From NCBI GenBank assembly GCA_965261595.1, contig CBDHDG010000003.1:128001-192000 (forward strand): a DNA stretch of 64,000 nt, written 5' to 3'. A program made the translations under genes and the position numbers. Source of the stretch: a bacterium (GTDB lineage: Bacteria; UBA8248; JACPRG01; G963555815). Numbering within the stretch: the first letter of the stretch is position 1; every line of letters starts with the position of its first letter. Below, piece after piece: positions 31,600 through 41,133 of this stretch. Under the pieces are notes generated by a model that was not told where the DNA came from, made no database searches, and saw only the letters and a program-made list of their open reading frames with translations.

Positions 31600-32354
31600 C
31601 GGACGTATTCGCCCACGGTGTGCGCCACGGTCTCATGCTCGTATGGAATTCCAGTATACCCAGCGTGACTGTCCGTGTAGACGGTGCTCCCGCGGCGGAC
31701 GTTCCTGGCGATCTCCTTTTTCACCGTGGCTCCGTCCGTCCCGTCAATCGGGAAGGCCCGCACATCCCCTCCGCGTTCCTTGATCCCCATGACGGCTTGT
31801 TTGCCGACGGCTCCGCGGCCTTCGTTCAGCTTCTTCGACTTGTGCTTGTTGGCCTCCTTACCGCCGATGAAGGACTCGTCAATCTCGACCTCTCCTGGCC
31901 CCAGGGGACCTCCCTGCTCGTCGTAAGCCTCCCTGATGCGATGCGCGAGGAACCATCCGGTTTTCTGCGTCACACCCAACTGCTTCGCCAGCTGGACGCT
32001 GGAAATGCCCTTGCGGTTTGAATTGATCAGATACATGGCCATGAGCCACTTGCGGAGCGGGATCGGAGATTCGGCCAGGAGCGTGGAGGTCCGAACGCTG
32101 AAGAACTTCCCGCATTCGAGACAGTGAAACGGCTGAGGCTTGCCCGACTTCATTCTCGATATCCGGCCAACGCATCCACACTTCGGGCAGTAAATCTCCC
32201 CGGGCCAGCGCCGGTTCTCAAAAAACCTCGTGGCCGAAGCATCATCGGGGAATCTCTCGTTGAACTCGTACAGGCTCATGTGACCCTTCATGCCAGCCTC
32301 CTTTTACTGTACAATATAGGTTCATGAGCATATTATGTCAAGTATATAAGCTCC
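31600..32354 (-). mobile_element. Truncated IS1595-family element
   Basis: Transposase with a CPKCG…CLECG Zn-ribbon, KGISSVQLAKQLG, EVEIDESFIGG and VYTDS, cut at 31599; left end GGAGCTTATATACTTGACA. Confidence 0.9.
32313..32341 (-). promoter_or_regulatory. Sigma70-like promoter of the IS1595 transposase
   Basis: TTGACA-17 bp-TATATT, then AAGGAGG before the ATG. Confidence 0.65.
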
Positions 32355-32387
32355 AAAATTTTAGGCGGCGCTCACCTATGGTTCAAG

Positions 32388-33254
32388 ATGGTCCCCGACG
32401 TTTTCGGGGAGATCGGAGAGCGCGAGGCAACGGGCCTTTCGGAGATTGGGTTGCACCTGGATCGCTTGTACCCCGCGGATCGGGGTGCTGGAGCCCCTGG
32501 AAGGGTGCTCTATTCGCTGGCGAAGGGACGCGGAGAGTTGGGAGAGCTGGATGTCTGGGTGAGAGATTGGGGGTGGGGCCACGCCCCCCCGCTTCACGTG
32601 GTGCGGGTGGAGACGGCCGGGGGCAAGCTCGAGTATGCTGGCCGGGTTGCGGAACGGGGTCCCGCCATGTTCGGCTCCGGGTGGCGTCAAGTTCCATATT
32701 GTGGTCTTTCCAAGGCGATTCGGGAGAAGATGCCCGGCGAGAAGGGAATACCTGGAAATGTTAGAGATGAACGCGCCGTTTTAAGGTTCCTGAAGGGCGT
32801 TCCCTGTCTCCGTTGGGTGGGCCTGTCGGCGATCGAGCAGGAGCTTCGCCGCAACCGGGCCTATCGGGCCCTGGCGAAGGAGAACCTGGGGCGGGATTTC
32901 TTCCAGACCGGTAAGGCGGCTTTATTGCGGATCCCCCGCTTGTGGATGGTGGTGAGCTCGGGGGACGGGCCTCAAGCGTACCCGTTTTCCAAACACGCCT
33001 GGGTGTACCGTGCGCTCAAGTACGGGACCTTCGGGATGCTGGTTTTGGGGATATTGGGCTTTGTCCTTTTGCGCGACCGGTGGCGGTCCCATTGGCTGTT
33101 GGCGGTCCCGGTGGTGTATCTGTCGTTGGTCCACATGCCGTTTCACGCCGAGGGGCGTTATACCTTGCAGGGACGGGCCTTTCTTTTGGTGTACGGGGTT
33201 GCGGCGTTGATGATGCTTTGGCGGAGGTTTCGGGGGAGCGGAGAACGTCCTTGA
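32388..33254 (+). pseudogene. C-terminal part of a GT-C-like membrane protein
   Basis: C-terminal TM helices with VHMPFHAEGRY; the 5' part is lost at the IS1595 end. Confidence 0.5.
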
Positions 33255-33405
33255 TCAACACATAACATCGCATTCCCGGATTTCTATCGGCCGAGTGGGG
33301 ATGCCCGACCGGCTGATGTCGGGAGACGAGAAAGGTTTCCCAGCGTTCATCCAGCCGGAAATATGAATATAAAAAATGGATGATGGCGCCGCGTGGAAGG
33401 CGGCG

Positions 33406-34900
33406 AACATAAAACCGGGGGTCGGAGGGTGTCCCGAATTCAGTTGAAGGTTTGAGGCGGCGGTCCGTGTGTGGTTCACCTTATGCGACCTCCTCTCGGG
33501 TGTCAAAGCGGGGCTCGTCCAGAACGGCCTTCAGGATCCACAGGTCCCGGTAGCCGTCCAGGCGACGGAAGTTCTTCTCGGTGGCGAGGAAGGCGGAAGC
33601 GGCCCACCTTTTCACCATCGCCCCGTCCCGCCAGCGGCCGACGCGCCGGGTGCGCATCCGCACCCCCGAACAGGGACTCTCGATCAGGTTCGTGCTCACC
33701 AGGCAGCGCCGAAGGCCGGGCGGAAGAGCCAAGCGGTTGACGGTGAAGATCTCCTCCAGACCCTCCAAAAGGCTGGCGGCCGCGTCCGGATGCTCGATCT
33801 GAAGCCACCGGGCCTGCTTGCGCAGACGGGCAATCCCCTCCTTCGGCGCCAGCCGCCAGGCCGCCTTCATCGTCGCCTTCACCGGGTCCTTCAACTCCTC
33901 GGGCAGGTGGTCCATCACGTTCTTCACCTTGTGGTTGCGGCACCGCTGCACCGGATTGTCGTCCCCGTACACCCGGTCAATCGCCGCACGAAGCGCCCTC
34001 GAGCCGTCGATGACGAAAAGCCGACGCCGCCCGGGCCGCACGCCGCGCTCCACCAACTCCTCAAGAAGCGCCGTCACGACCGTGGCGTTCTCGGTGGCGC
34101 CCGACCTCAGGCCCAGAACGTGCTTTTGGCCCCGTGTGTCCACCCCAACGGCCACGATGACGTGATGCGCGCCGAAGCGCAGACCGTCCAGGTAGAGGAT
34201 GAGGAGGTCGATGTCGTCAAAACGCCGCTCACAAAGACGCCGCAGCTCCGCCTCGGCCGCCTCGATGCTCTCCCGGCTCACGGCCGACTTCGACACCCTC
34301 ACCGTCTCGGCCAGCTCGGGAAGAACGGCCGCGTAGTTCCGCGTCGAGACCCCTCGCATCAGCAAATCCAGCATCCGCTCCCCCAGCCCGGGGTCGGCCT
34401 GCATGGCCGCATACGCCGGCACCTCCACCTCCCCGCCCCGACCCTGGCCCCGGCGGCGAAGCCGCGGCTTTCTCACCTTCAGCTTGCGCCCCTTCAGGGT
34501 CACCCGGCCCCCCTGGCTGCCGTGCCGGCGGACCTCGCCACCCCGCTTGCCTGGATGCGGCGCGCCCGTCAAGCCCTTGGCCGACAGCAAAAGCACGGCC
34601 TCCAGGCCCGCCCGGCCCATGACGTCCATCAGGTCCTCCACCGCCAGTTGGGACTGCTCCACCAGCGACACCAGAGGAAAAAACGCCTGCCCGTGCTCCG
34701 CCACAAAGGCGGCCAACCTTTGGGTCTTTTTCTTCTCGATGATCTGGCAAGCTTCACTCATGGCGGTTCCTCCTCTTTGAATGTTTGCCAACCCGATTCT
34801 AACCGAGTCGGCAGGAGTGAACCGCCACCTCTTTTTCTCAACCTTCAACTATGAATGGGACAGGCTCGGGGGTCGCGAAAACGACCCCCGGTTTTATGTT
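33406..34900. terminator. Bidirectional terminator-like 19-bp hairpin split by IS256
   Basis: AACATAAAACCGGGGGTCG (33406-33424) and its perfect reverse complement (34882-34900), loop CGAAAA, between convergent genes. Confidence 0.75.
33425..34867 (-). mobile_element. IS256-family element type A, copy 2 (transposase 33481-34761)
   Basis: Near-identical to 28960-30402; 8-bp TSD GGGGGTCG (33417-33424, 34868-34875). Confidence 0.95.
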
Positions 34901-34961
34901 TCAGAGCCCGAGCTCCCCCGGACCGATGCGGCGCGGGGTTCGGGGGAATTCCCGTTGGCGA

Positions 34962-35120
34962 TCAGAAAATCGCGTAGATGAATGGGGCCAGGGCCGAGCC
35001 TTCCGTGAAGATAATCAGGAAGCTCAACAGCACCAACATGATCATGATTGGCGCGAGCCACCATTTCTTGCGGTGTTTGAGAAAATCCCAGAACTCGGAT
35101 AAGATGCTGACGTTGCCCAT
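34962..35120 (-). CDS. DUF5989-family small membrane protein (52 aa, not in the ORF track)
   Basis: MGNVSILSEFWDFLKHRKKWWLAPIMIMLVLLSFLIIFTEGSALAPFIYAIF matches the RKKWWL-P…APFIY signature. Confidence 0.85.
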   Translation of the reverse strand: MGNVSILSEFWDFLKHRKKWWLAPIMIMLVLLSFLIIFTEGSALAPFIYAIF

Positions 35121-35318
35121 ATCAAAACTCCCATCGAATCAAAGGCTTTCCAGCCTATGGGTCAGCGGACGGCCGGAACCCCGCCCACATGGACATATAT
35201 AGCACAAGCCCCTTTCGGACATCAATGGAATCGTTGATTGAACGGACGCCACTGTGCTAGGTTGATCGGCGGCGCAATACAGGAATCCCCCCTTCCTGGA
35301 CTCACCCATCTCAAGGCC

Positions 35319-35735
35319 ATGATTCAACTGAAGAGCATCTATGCTGAATCCGAGCCTGGGGACGGGACGCGGATTCTCGTCATGCGCGTATGGCCCCGGG
35401 GTGTGAGGAAAGACCGGGTCGATGAATGGCTCCGGGACCTGAGCCCCAGCCGTGAGCTCATGCAGGCGCTCCGGTCTCAGGACCTCCGTCCGGATGATTT
35501 CTTCGAGTGCTACCGACGTGAGATGGCTGGCCGTACCGAGCTTCTCAAGGAAATGGCCGAACGGGCGAAAACGGAAACCCTGACCCTGCTTTGCTGGGAG
35601 AGAATGGACGAGGACTGCCACCGGCATGTTCTGAAGGACCTCATCGAGAATGTTGCTTCCCCCGGCGATCCCCGAGGTCCCGCTCGGCCCAACGCGGGGA
35701 GGCCGGCGAATTTGCGGAAAAAGCGCCCGACGTGA
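35319..35735 (+). CDS. DUF488 (YeaO-like) protein
   Basis: DGTRILVMRVWPRGV…WLRDLSPS…CHRHVL. Confidence 0.85.
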   Translation: MIQLKSIYAESEPGDGTRILVMRVWPRGVRKDRVDEWLRDLSPSRELMQALRSQDLRPDDFFECYRREMAGRTELLKEMAERAKTETLTLLCWERMDEDCHRHVLKDLIENVASPGDPRGPARPNAGRPANLRKKRPT

Positions 35736-37891
35736 ACGCCTCCCGCCCCTCTCCCCCCCGCCGGTACAAGCTGGCCCCGACGGCCGGCCCCGCCCGATCT
35801 CGCATCGATTACGCTTCGGAGTTGAACCCCCAACAGTTGGAAGTGGTGATGGCCCCCGGGGGTCCTATGCTCGTCCTCGCCGGGCCGGGAAGCGGAAAGA
35901 CCCGCACCGTCACGTACCGGATGGCGCGGCTGATCGAGTCCGGGGAAGACCCGGCCCGAATCCTTTTGCTCACTTTCACGAACAAGGCGGCGAGCGAGAT
36001 GCTTCGCCGGGCGCAGGCCCTGATCCACGTAGACGTCCGCCGGGTCTGGGGGGGCACGTTTCATCACGCCGGAAACCTCACCCTCCGCCGCCATGCCCGG
36101 TGGGTGGACCGCGGCGAGAACTACTCCATCCTGGACCGTGAGGACGCGGCGGACCTTCTCGACACCTGCGTCGCCGAAGGCGGCATCGATTCGAAGGGGC
36201 GATATTTCCCCAAGGGCGGCGTCCTGCAGGACATTCTGAGTTTCGCGGTCAACACGGAGACCCCCGTGAAGGAGGTCGTTCTAAAGCGCCATGCCACGTT
36301 CGCGGACCGTCTGACCGAGATAAAACGGGTGTACGCCCGGTTCGAGGAGCGGAAGGCGGAGATGAACGTTCTGGATTTCGATGACCTGCTGGTCCTGTGG
36401 CTGAGGCTGCTGGAAGAGCGCCCGGACGTCCGCAAGGGTTTTCAGGAGCAATTTCGCCACGTCCTCGTGGATGAATATCAGGACACCAACCGCCTCCAGA
36501 GCCGGCTCATCGATATCCTGGCGGGCGGGCATGGAAATCTGATGGTTGTCGGGGACGACGCGCAGAGCATTTATTCCTTCCGGGGGGCTGATTTCGCGAA
36601 CTTCCTCGGGTTTCCCGACCGGTATCCGGACGCGCGAACCTTTCGCCTCGAATCCAATTACCGAAGCACCCCCGAGATCCTGCGCCTGGCCAACGAGAGC
36701 ATTTCCGTCAACACCCATCAGTTCAAGAAGCGCCTCCGGGCGGAGCGGCCCTCCAGGGGGGGGCCGCCGGCCGTTGTGCCGGTCCGGAATGTTCTCCAAC
36801 AGGCGGACTTTGTCTGCCAGCGGGTGCTGGAGCTTCGCGACGAGGGGTTTTCATTGAATGAGATCGGCGTCCTCTACCGGGCGCACTTCCATTCCATGGA
36901 AGTCCAGATGGAGTTTACGCGGCGGGGGATCCCCTTCGAGGTCCGCTCGGGCCTGCGCTTCTTCGAGCAGCGTCATGTGAAGGACGCCACGGCTCACCTG
37001 AAGGTGGTTGTGAATCCCCGGGACGAGATTGCCTGGAAGCGGGTGCTTTTGTTGATTCCCGGGGTTGGAAAGGCGACCGCCCACCGATTCTGGTTGGCCG
37101 TTTCCAAGGCCGCCGAGCCGCTGAAGGGTCTCGACCGTCCGGAGTTTCTCGCTCCGTTTCCGAAGCGGACGCGGGATGAATGGCGGGCGTTGGCCGAAAC
37201 CCTCAAGCGGATTCAGGGTCAAGTCATGGAAGCGCGGCCCGCCGAGATGATCCGACAGGTTCTGGACAGGGGATACCGCGCTTACCTGGATCGGAATTTC
37301 CCCAACGCGGCCTCCCGGACGGAGGATATCGAACAGTTGGCGCGGTTCGCCGAGAATTTCGGCGCGGCCGAATCCTTTCTGAGCGAGTTGGCGCTGTTGA
37401 ACACAGTGGGAAGCGAGGAGGGAGACGACGAGGCGACGCCCGGCGAATCGGTGGTTCTCAGCAGCATCCACCAGGCGAAGGGTCTGGAGTGGCGGGTTGT
37501 ATTCATCATCTGGCTGGCGGAGGACCGTTTCCCTTCGGGATTGGCCCTGCGGGAGGATGAGGACGACGAAGAGGAGCGGCGTCTCTTCTACGTCGCGGTG
37601 ACGCGTGCCAAAGAGGAGCTCTACCTCTGCTACCCATTGATGGAGCTGGGCCATCGCCAGGGCGGCGTCCTGACAAGGGCCTCCCGGTTTCTGGGTGAGC
37701 TTCCCGAATCCGTTTATGAGCAATGGGCCGTGGAGGAAACCCTTTTCCACAATCCCGTCGACCCGCCGGGAAAAGCGGGGGGGGGAGGGGGAGGGGCGGC
37801 GGAGAGGGAGGGGGTTCATGATCCCGGCGGCGCGGAAGGTGACGATTGGGTGGATGAGCACTTCGAGCGTTCCGGGCCGCGGGATTTCTAG
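35732..37891 (+). CDS. UvrD/PcrA/Rep-family ATP-dependent helicase
   Basis: AGPGSGKT, TFTNKAA, VDEYQD, VGDDAQSIYSFRGA, SIHQAKGLEW, EERRLFYVAVTRAK. Confidence 0.95.
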   Translation: MNASRPSPPRRYKLAPTAGPARSRIDYASELNPQQLEVVMAPGGPMLVLAGPGSGKTRTVTYRMARLIESGEDPARILLLTFTNKAASEMLRRAQALIHVDVRRVWGGTFHHAGNLTLRRHARWVDRGENYSILDREDAADLLDTCVAEGGIDSKGRYFPKGGVLQDILSFAVNTETPVKEVVLKRHATFADRLTEIKRVYARFEERKAEMNVLDFDDLLVLWLRLLEERPDVRKGFQEQFRHVLVDEYQDTNRLQSRLIDILAGGHGNLMVVGDDAQSIYSFRGADFANFLGFPDRYPDARTFRLESNYRSTPEILRLANESISVNTHQFKKRLRAERPSRGGPPAVVPVRNVLQQADFVCQRVLELRDEGFSLNEIGVLYRAHFHSMEVQMEFTRRGIPFEVRSGLRFFEQRHVKDATAHLKVVVNPRDEIAWKRVLLLIPGVGKATAHRFWLAVSKAAEPLKGLDRPEFLAPFPKRTRDEWRALAETLKRIQGQVMEARPAEMIRQVLDRGYRAYLDRNFPNAASRTEDIEQLARFAENFGAAESFLSELALLNTVGSEEGDDEATPGESVVLSSIHQAKGLEWRVVFIIWLAEDRFPSGLALREDEDDEEERRLFYVAVTRAKEELYLCYPLMELGHRQGGVLTRASRFLGELPESVYEQWAVEETLFHNPVDPPGKAGGGGGGAAEREGVHDPGGAEGDDWVDEHFERSGPRDF

Positions 37892-37906
37892 GCGGGGGAC
37901 GCCGGG

Positions 37907-37934
37907 TTGACATTCCGCCTTCCGGGCGTAGATT
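37907..37934 (+). promoter_or_regulatory. Putative sigma70 promoter for trkAH
   Basis: TTGACA-16 bp-TAGATT in the intergenic gap. Confidence 0.5.
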
Positions 37935-38076
37935 GGGTCGGGCCTCCTTCGAAGATTGGGCGGCGGCGTGTGAAAACAAAGATCTTCAGACGCTTTCGCC
38001 GGGAGGGCTTCCCATATCGGCCGGGTCATTCCAGAGGCCCGGGTTTTCCGGAAATTCCCTGAGATAGGATCGGACA

Positions 38077-39420
38077 TTGCGCGTCATTGTCATCGGAGCG
38101 GGAGAGGCCGGGTTTCACATTGCCCGGCGTCTCGTCCAGGAACACCAGGACGTTGTCCTGATAGACCGCGAGGAATCGGTCATCGAGGCGATTTCCGACA
38201 AGCTTGACGCCTTGACGATCCTGGGCAACGGAGCGAACCCCCGGGTGCTGGCCGAGGCCGGTCTCAAAGAGGCCGAAATGCTTATCGCCGTCAGCAGCGA
38301 CGACTCCGCCAACCTGGGGGCTTGCCACCTCGCCGCCGCCAACGATGTCCCCATGAAGATCGCCCGTGTCGGAGACCCGGCCTACTTCCGGGAGGACCTG
38401 GACATCCGGGGCCGGGACTTCGGGGCGGACCTCCTCATCAACCCCGCCCAGGAAGTTGCCGCCAACATCGAACGCCTGATCGCCGCCCCGGGTGCGACCG
38501 AGGCCGCCGACTTCTTCGACGGCCGGCTGCAAATGGTGGGTCTTCGCGTGGGCGAGGACTCTCCCATCAGCGGCCGATCGCTCAAGTCTTTGGGGGACAC
38601 CATCCGGGATTCGGGGTTTCTCGTTCTGGGCCTCAGCCGGGAGGGGGACGTCTCCGTTCCCCGCGGGAACACGGTGGTCAAGTCGCATGAGGTCTTGTTG
38701 GCCATCGCCCGACAGGAGAGCGTTCCGGCGCTGATGGAGTTTTGCGGGGTCCGGCAGAAGCCGGTCGAGCGGGTGCTCGTGATCGGGGGCGGCCGCGTGG
38801 GATATTCGGTGGCGGAGCGGCTGTCGGCGAGAAACATCAAGGTGAAAGTCGTGGAATCCAGCGAGAAGCGGGCCAAGGTGCTCTCGCAGAACCTTCCCGA
38901 CATCCTCATCCTCCACGGGGACGGCACGGACCTTGACCTTCTGCGTTCCGAAGGGATTCAGGAGATGGACGCCATTGTGACCGCCTCCGACGACGAGGAG
39001 ACCAACCTGTTCTCCGCGCTCTTGGCCAAACGCCACGGGTGCCGGGAGGCGATCGCGCTGGTCAACCGCCCGGATTACATCCCGCTGATCTATTCCCTGG
39101 GGATCGATGCCACCGTTAGCCCCCGCCTGGTGGTCGCCAGTGTGATCCTGCGCCACCTGAAAGGACCGAACACCATCTCCCAGTTCACGAGCGCTTTTAA
39201 CGATGCCGAGGTGGTCGAGCTCGAGGTCGGCGTGAAGGCCAAGGCGGCGGGCCGCCTTCTGGCCAAATTGGATTTGCCCCGAGACGCCATTGTCGCGGGC
39301 GTGGGCCGGGGGGACGACGTCGAGATCCCCCATGGCGGCACCCTCGTTCACGGCGGCGACCGCGTCCTGCTGTTTGCCCTCCCCGATGCTCGGATCGAGG
39401 CCGAACGGCTGTTCCGTTGA
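38077..39420 (+). CDS. trkA: Trk potassium uptake NAD-binding subunit
   Basis: 447 aa with two RCK domains carrying IIGAGEAG-type and IGGGRVG motifs. Confidence 0.95.
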   Translation: MRVIVIGAGEAGFHIARRLVQEHQDVVLIDREESVIEAISDKLDALTILGNGANPRVLAEAGLKEAEMLIAVSSDDSANLGACHLAAANDVPMKIARVGDPAYFREDLDIRGRDFGADLLINPAQEVAANIERLIAAPGATEAADFFDGRLQMVGLRVGEDSPISGRSLKSLGDTIRDSGFLVLGLSREGDVSVPRGNTVVKSHEVLLAIARQESVPALMEFCGVRQKPVERVLVIGGGRVGYSVAERLSARNIKVKVVESSEKRAKVLSQNLPDILILHGDGTDLDLLRSEGIQEMDAIVTASDDEETNLFSALLAKRHGCREAIALVNRPDYIPLIYSLGIDATVSPRLVVASVILRHLKGPNTISQFTSAFNDAEVVELEVGVKAKAAGRLLAKLDLPRDAIVAGVGRGDDVEIPHGGTLVHGGDRVLLFALPDARIEAERLFR

Positions 39421-39466
39421 CCCTTCCACTGCGATCGAGGCGCCTTCTTCCGGCGCACTCCCGGCC

Positions 39467-40909
39467 ATGAACTTTTCTACCATTTCTCGGACGTTGGGTT
39501 TCATCGCCCTGTTGCTGGGGACATCACTGCTAATCCCGACGGCGATTTCCGCGGTCCTGGGCGGGCCGGACCTGGTGGCGCTGGGCGCTTCGGCCCTGAT
39601 CTCGGCCGCCGTCGGCGGCGGGCTGATATTTCTGGGCGGAAAAGAGGAAATGGGCGTCCGCGACGGGTTCGCCATCGTGACGGCGACGTGGCTGCTCATC
39701 TCCTTATTGGGGGCGTTGCCTTACTGGCTATCGGGGATTCTTTCGTCGTATACGGACGCCTTCTTCGAGGCCATGTCCGGTTTCTCGACGACGGGCGCGA
39801 CGGTCGTGCGGGATATCGAGGCCCTGCCGAAGGGCATCCTCTTTTGGCGAAGTTTTACCCAGTGGCTGGGGGGAATGGGGATCATCGTTCTCACGGCGGC
39901 CTTGCTGCCGCTGTTCGGCGTGGGCGGGCTTCAGCTCCTGAACGCCGAGGCCCCCGGCCCCACGTTCGAGCGCCTGGCCCCCCGGCTTCAGGAGACGGCG
40001 AAACTGTTATGGGGCGTTTACGTCCTCCTGTCGGCGGCGGAGGCCGTCCTGCTCATGGCCGGGGGGATGCCGCCGTTCGAAGCCGTTCTTCACGCCTTCA
40101 CGACGATGGCCACGGGCGGGTTTTCTCCGAAGAACGCCAGCATCGCGGCCTACCCCAGCCCCTATATCCAGTGGGTCATCATCCTTTTCATGGGACTCGC
40201 CGGCACGAGCTTCAGCCTCCATTATTTTGCCCTGCGGAGAAGAAGCGCTTCGAGCTACTGGGAGAACACGGAGTTTCGGTTTTATCTGTCGATGATCGTC
40301 TCGGCGACGGCCGTGACGACGCTTGTGATTTTGTGGCGGGCGCCGGAGGGCGTAGAACGCACCATCCGCGACGCGGCCTTCCAAGTGGTCTCCATCATTA
40401 CCGCTACGGGGTTTGTCACGGCGGATTTCGAGCACTGGCCCATCCTTCTTCAGACCCTGTTGCTGTTTCTCATGTTCTTCGGAGGCTGCTCCGGGTCCAC
40501 GGGGGGCGGGATGAAGCACATGCGGTTGTTCCTTTTGTTCCGGCAATCGGCCGCCCAGATGGTGAAGCTCGTCCATCCCCGGGCCGTGAAGGAGCTTTTC
40601 CTCGGTTCCCAGATCGTGACCGAAGAGGTCATTGCCAGCATCCAGTCCTTCTTCTTCCTGTATCTTACGCTCTGGGTGGTCGGGAGTCTGGCGCTGACCG
40701 CGCTGGGGCTGGACATCGTGACCGGGATCTCGGCGGCGGCGTCCGCGTTGAGCAATGTAGGCCCGGCCCTGGGGGCCGTCGGCCCGACGGACAACTACGC
40801 CGGTCTGCCGGATGCGGCGAAGTGGCTCCTCACGGCCTTGATGCTCATGGGACGCCTGGAGATTTTCCCGGTCCTCGTCCTGCTGAGGCGGGAGACTTGG
40901 CGGCGGTAG
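39467..40909 (+). CDS. trkH: Trk potassium uptake membrane subunit
   Basis: FEAMSGFSTTGA, QWLGGMG, ATGGFS, GSTGGGMK, NVGP, GRLEIF. Confidence 0.95.
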   Translation: MNFSTISRTLGFIALLLGTSLLIPTAISAVLGGPDLVALGASALISAAVGGGLIFLGGKEEMGVRDGFAIVTATWLLISLLGALPYWLSGILSSYTDAFFEAMSGFSTTGATVVRDIEALPKGILFWRSFTQWLGGMGIIVLTAALLPLFGVGGLQLLNAEAPGPTFERLAPRLQETAKLLWGVYVLLSAAEAVLLMAGGMPPFEAVLHAFTTMATGGFSPKNASIAAYPSPYIQWVIILFMGLAGTSFSLHYFALRRRSASSYWENTEFRFYLSMIVSATAVTTLVILWRAPEGVERTIRDAAFQVVSIITATGFVTADFEHWPILLQTLLLFLMFFGGCSGSTGGGMKHMRLFLLFRQSAAQMVKLVHPRAVKELFLGSQIVTEEVIASIQSFFFLYLTLWVVGSLALTALGLDIVTGISAAASALSNVGPALGAVGPTDNYAGLPDAAKWLLTALMLMGRLEIFPVLVLLRRETWRR

Positions 40910-41133
40910 GGGAGGGGGGGCAGGCCGGGCGGGTTCCCGTCCGACGGCCACCGCCGCGTTGTTACAAATCAGGCCACTGGGTCCGCAACTGAGCCTTCCT
41001 GAATACGAGCTTTCCGGAAGCGCCCGGGAGTGATCCAGTTCCTCCTTTCAAAAGGGAAAACCGGCCTGATAACATCTCCGGATTGAGCGACTTCTCGCCC
41101 CAAGGGCCTTCTCTTGCAAAGGGAGATTTTGAA

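Noticed and set aside
28960..34867. Composite transposon formed by the IS256-A copies
   Set aside because: Separate 8-bp TSDs (GATTCTCC, GGGGGTCG) flank each copy.
40961..41073. TPP or Moco riboswitch assignment for the structured leader
   Set aside because: Only scattered words match (CTGAG, TGATCCAGTT, TTTGAAAGGAG on the opposite strand); core consensus and orientation do not fit.
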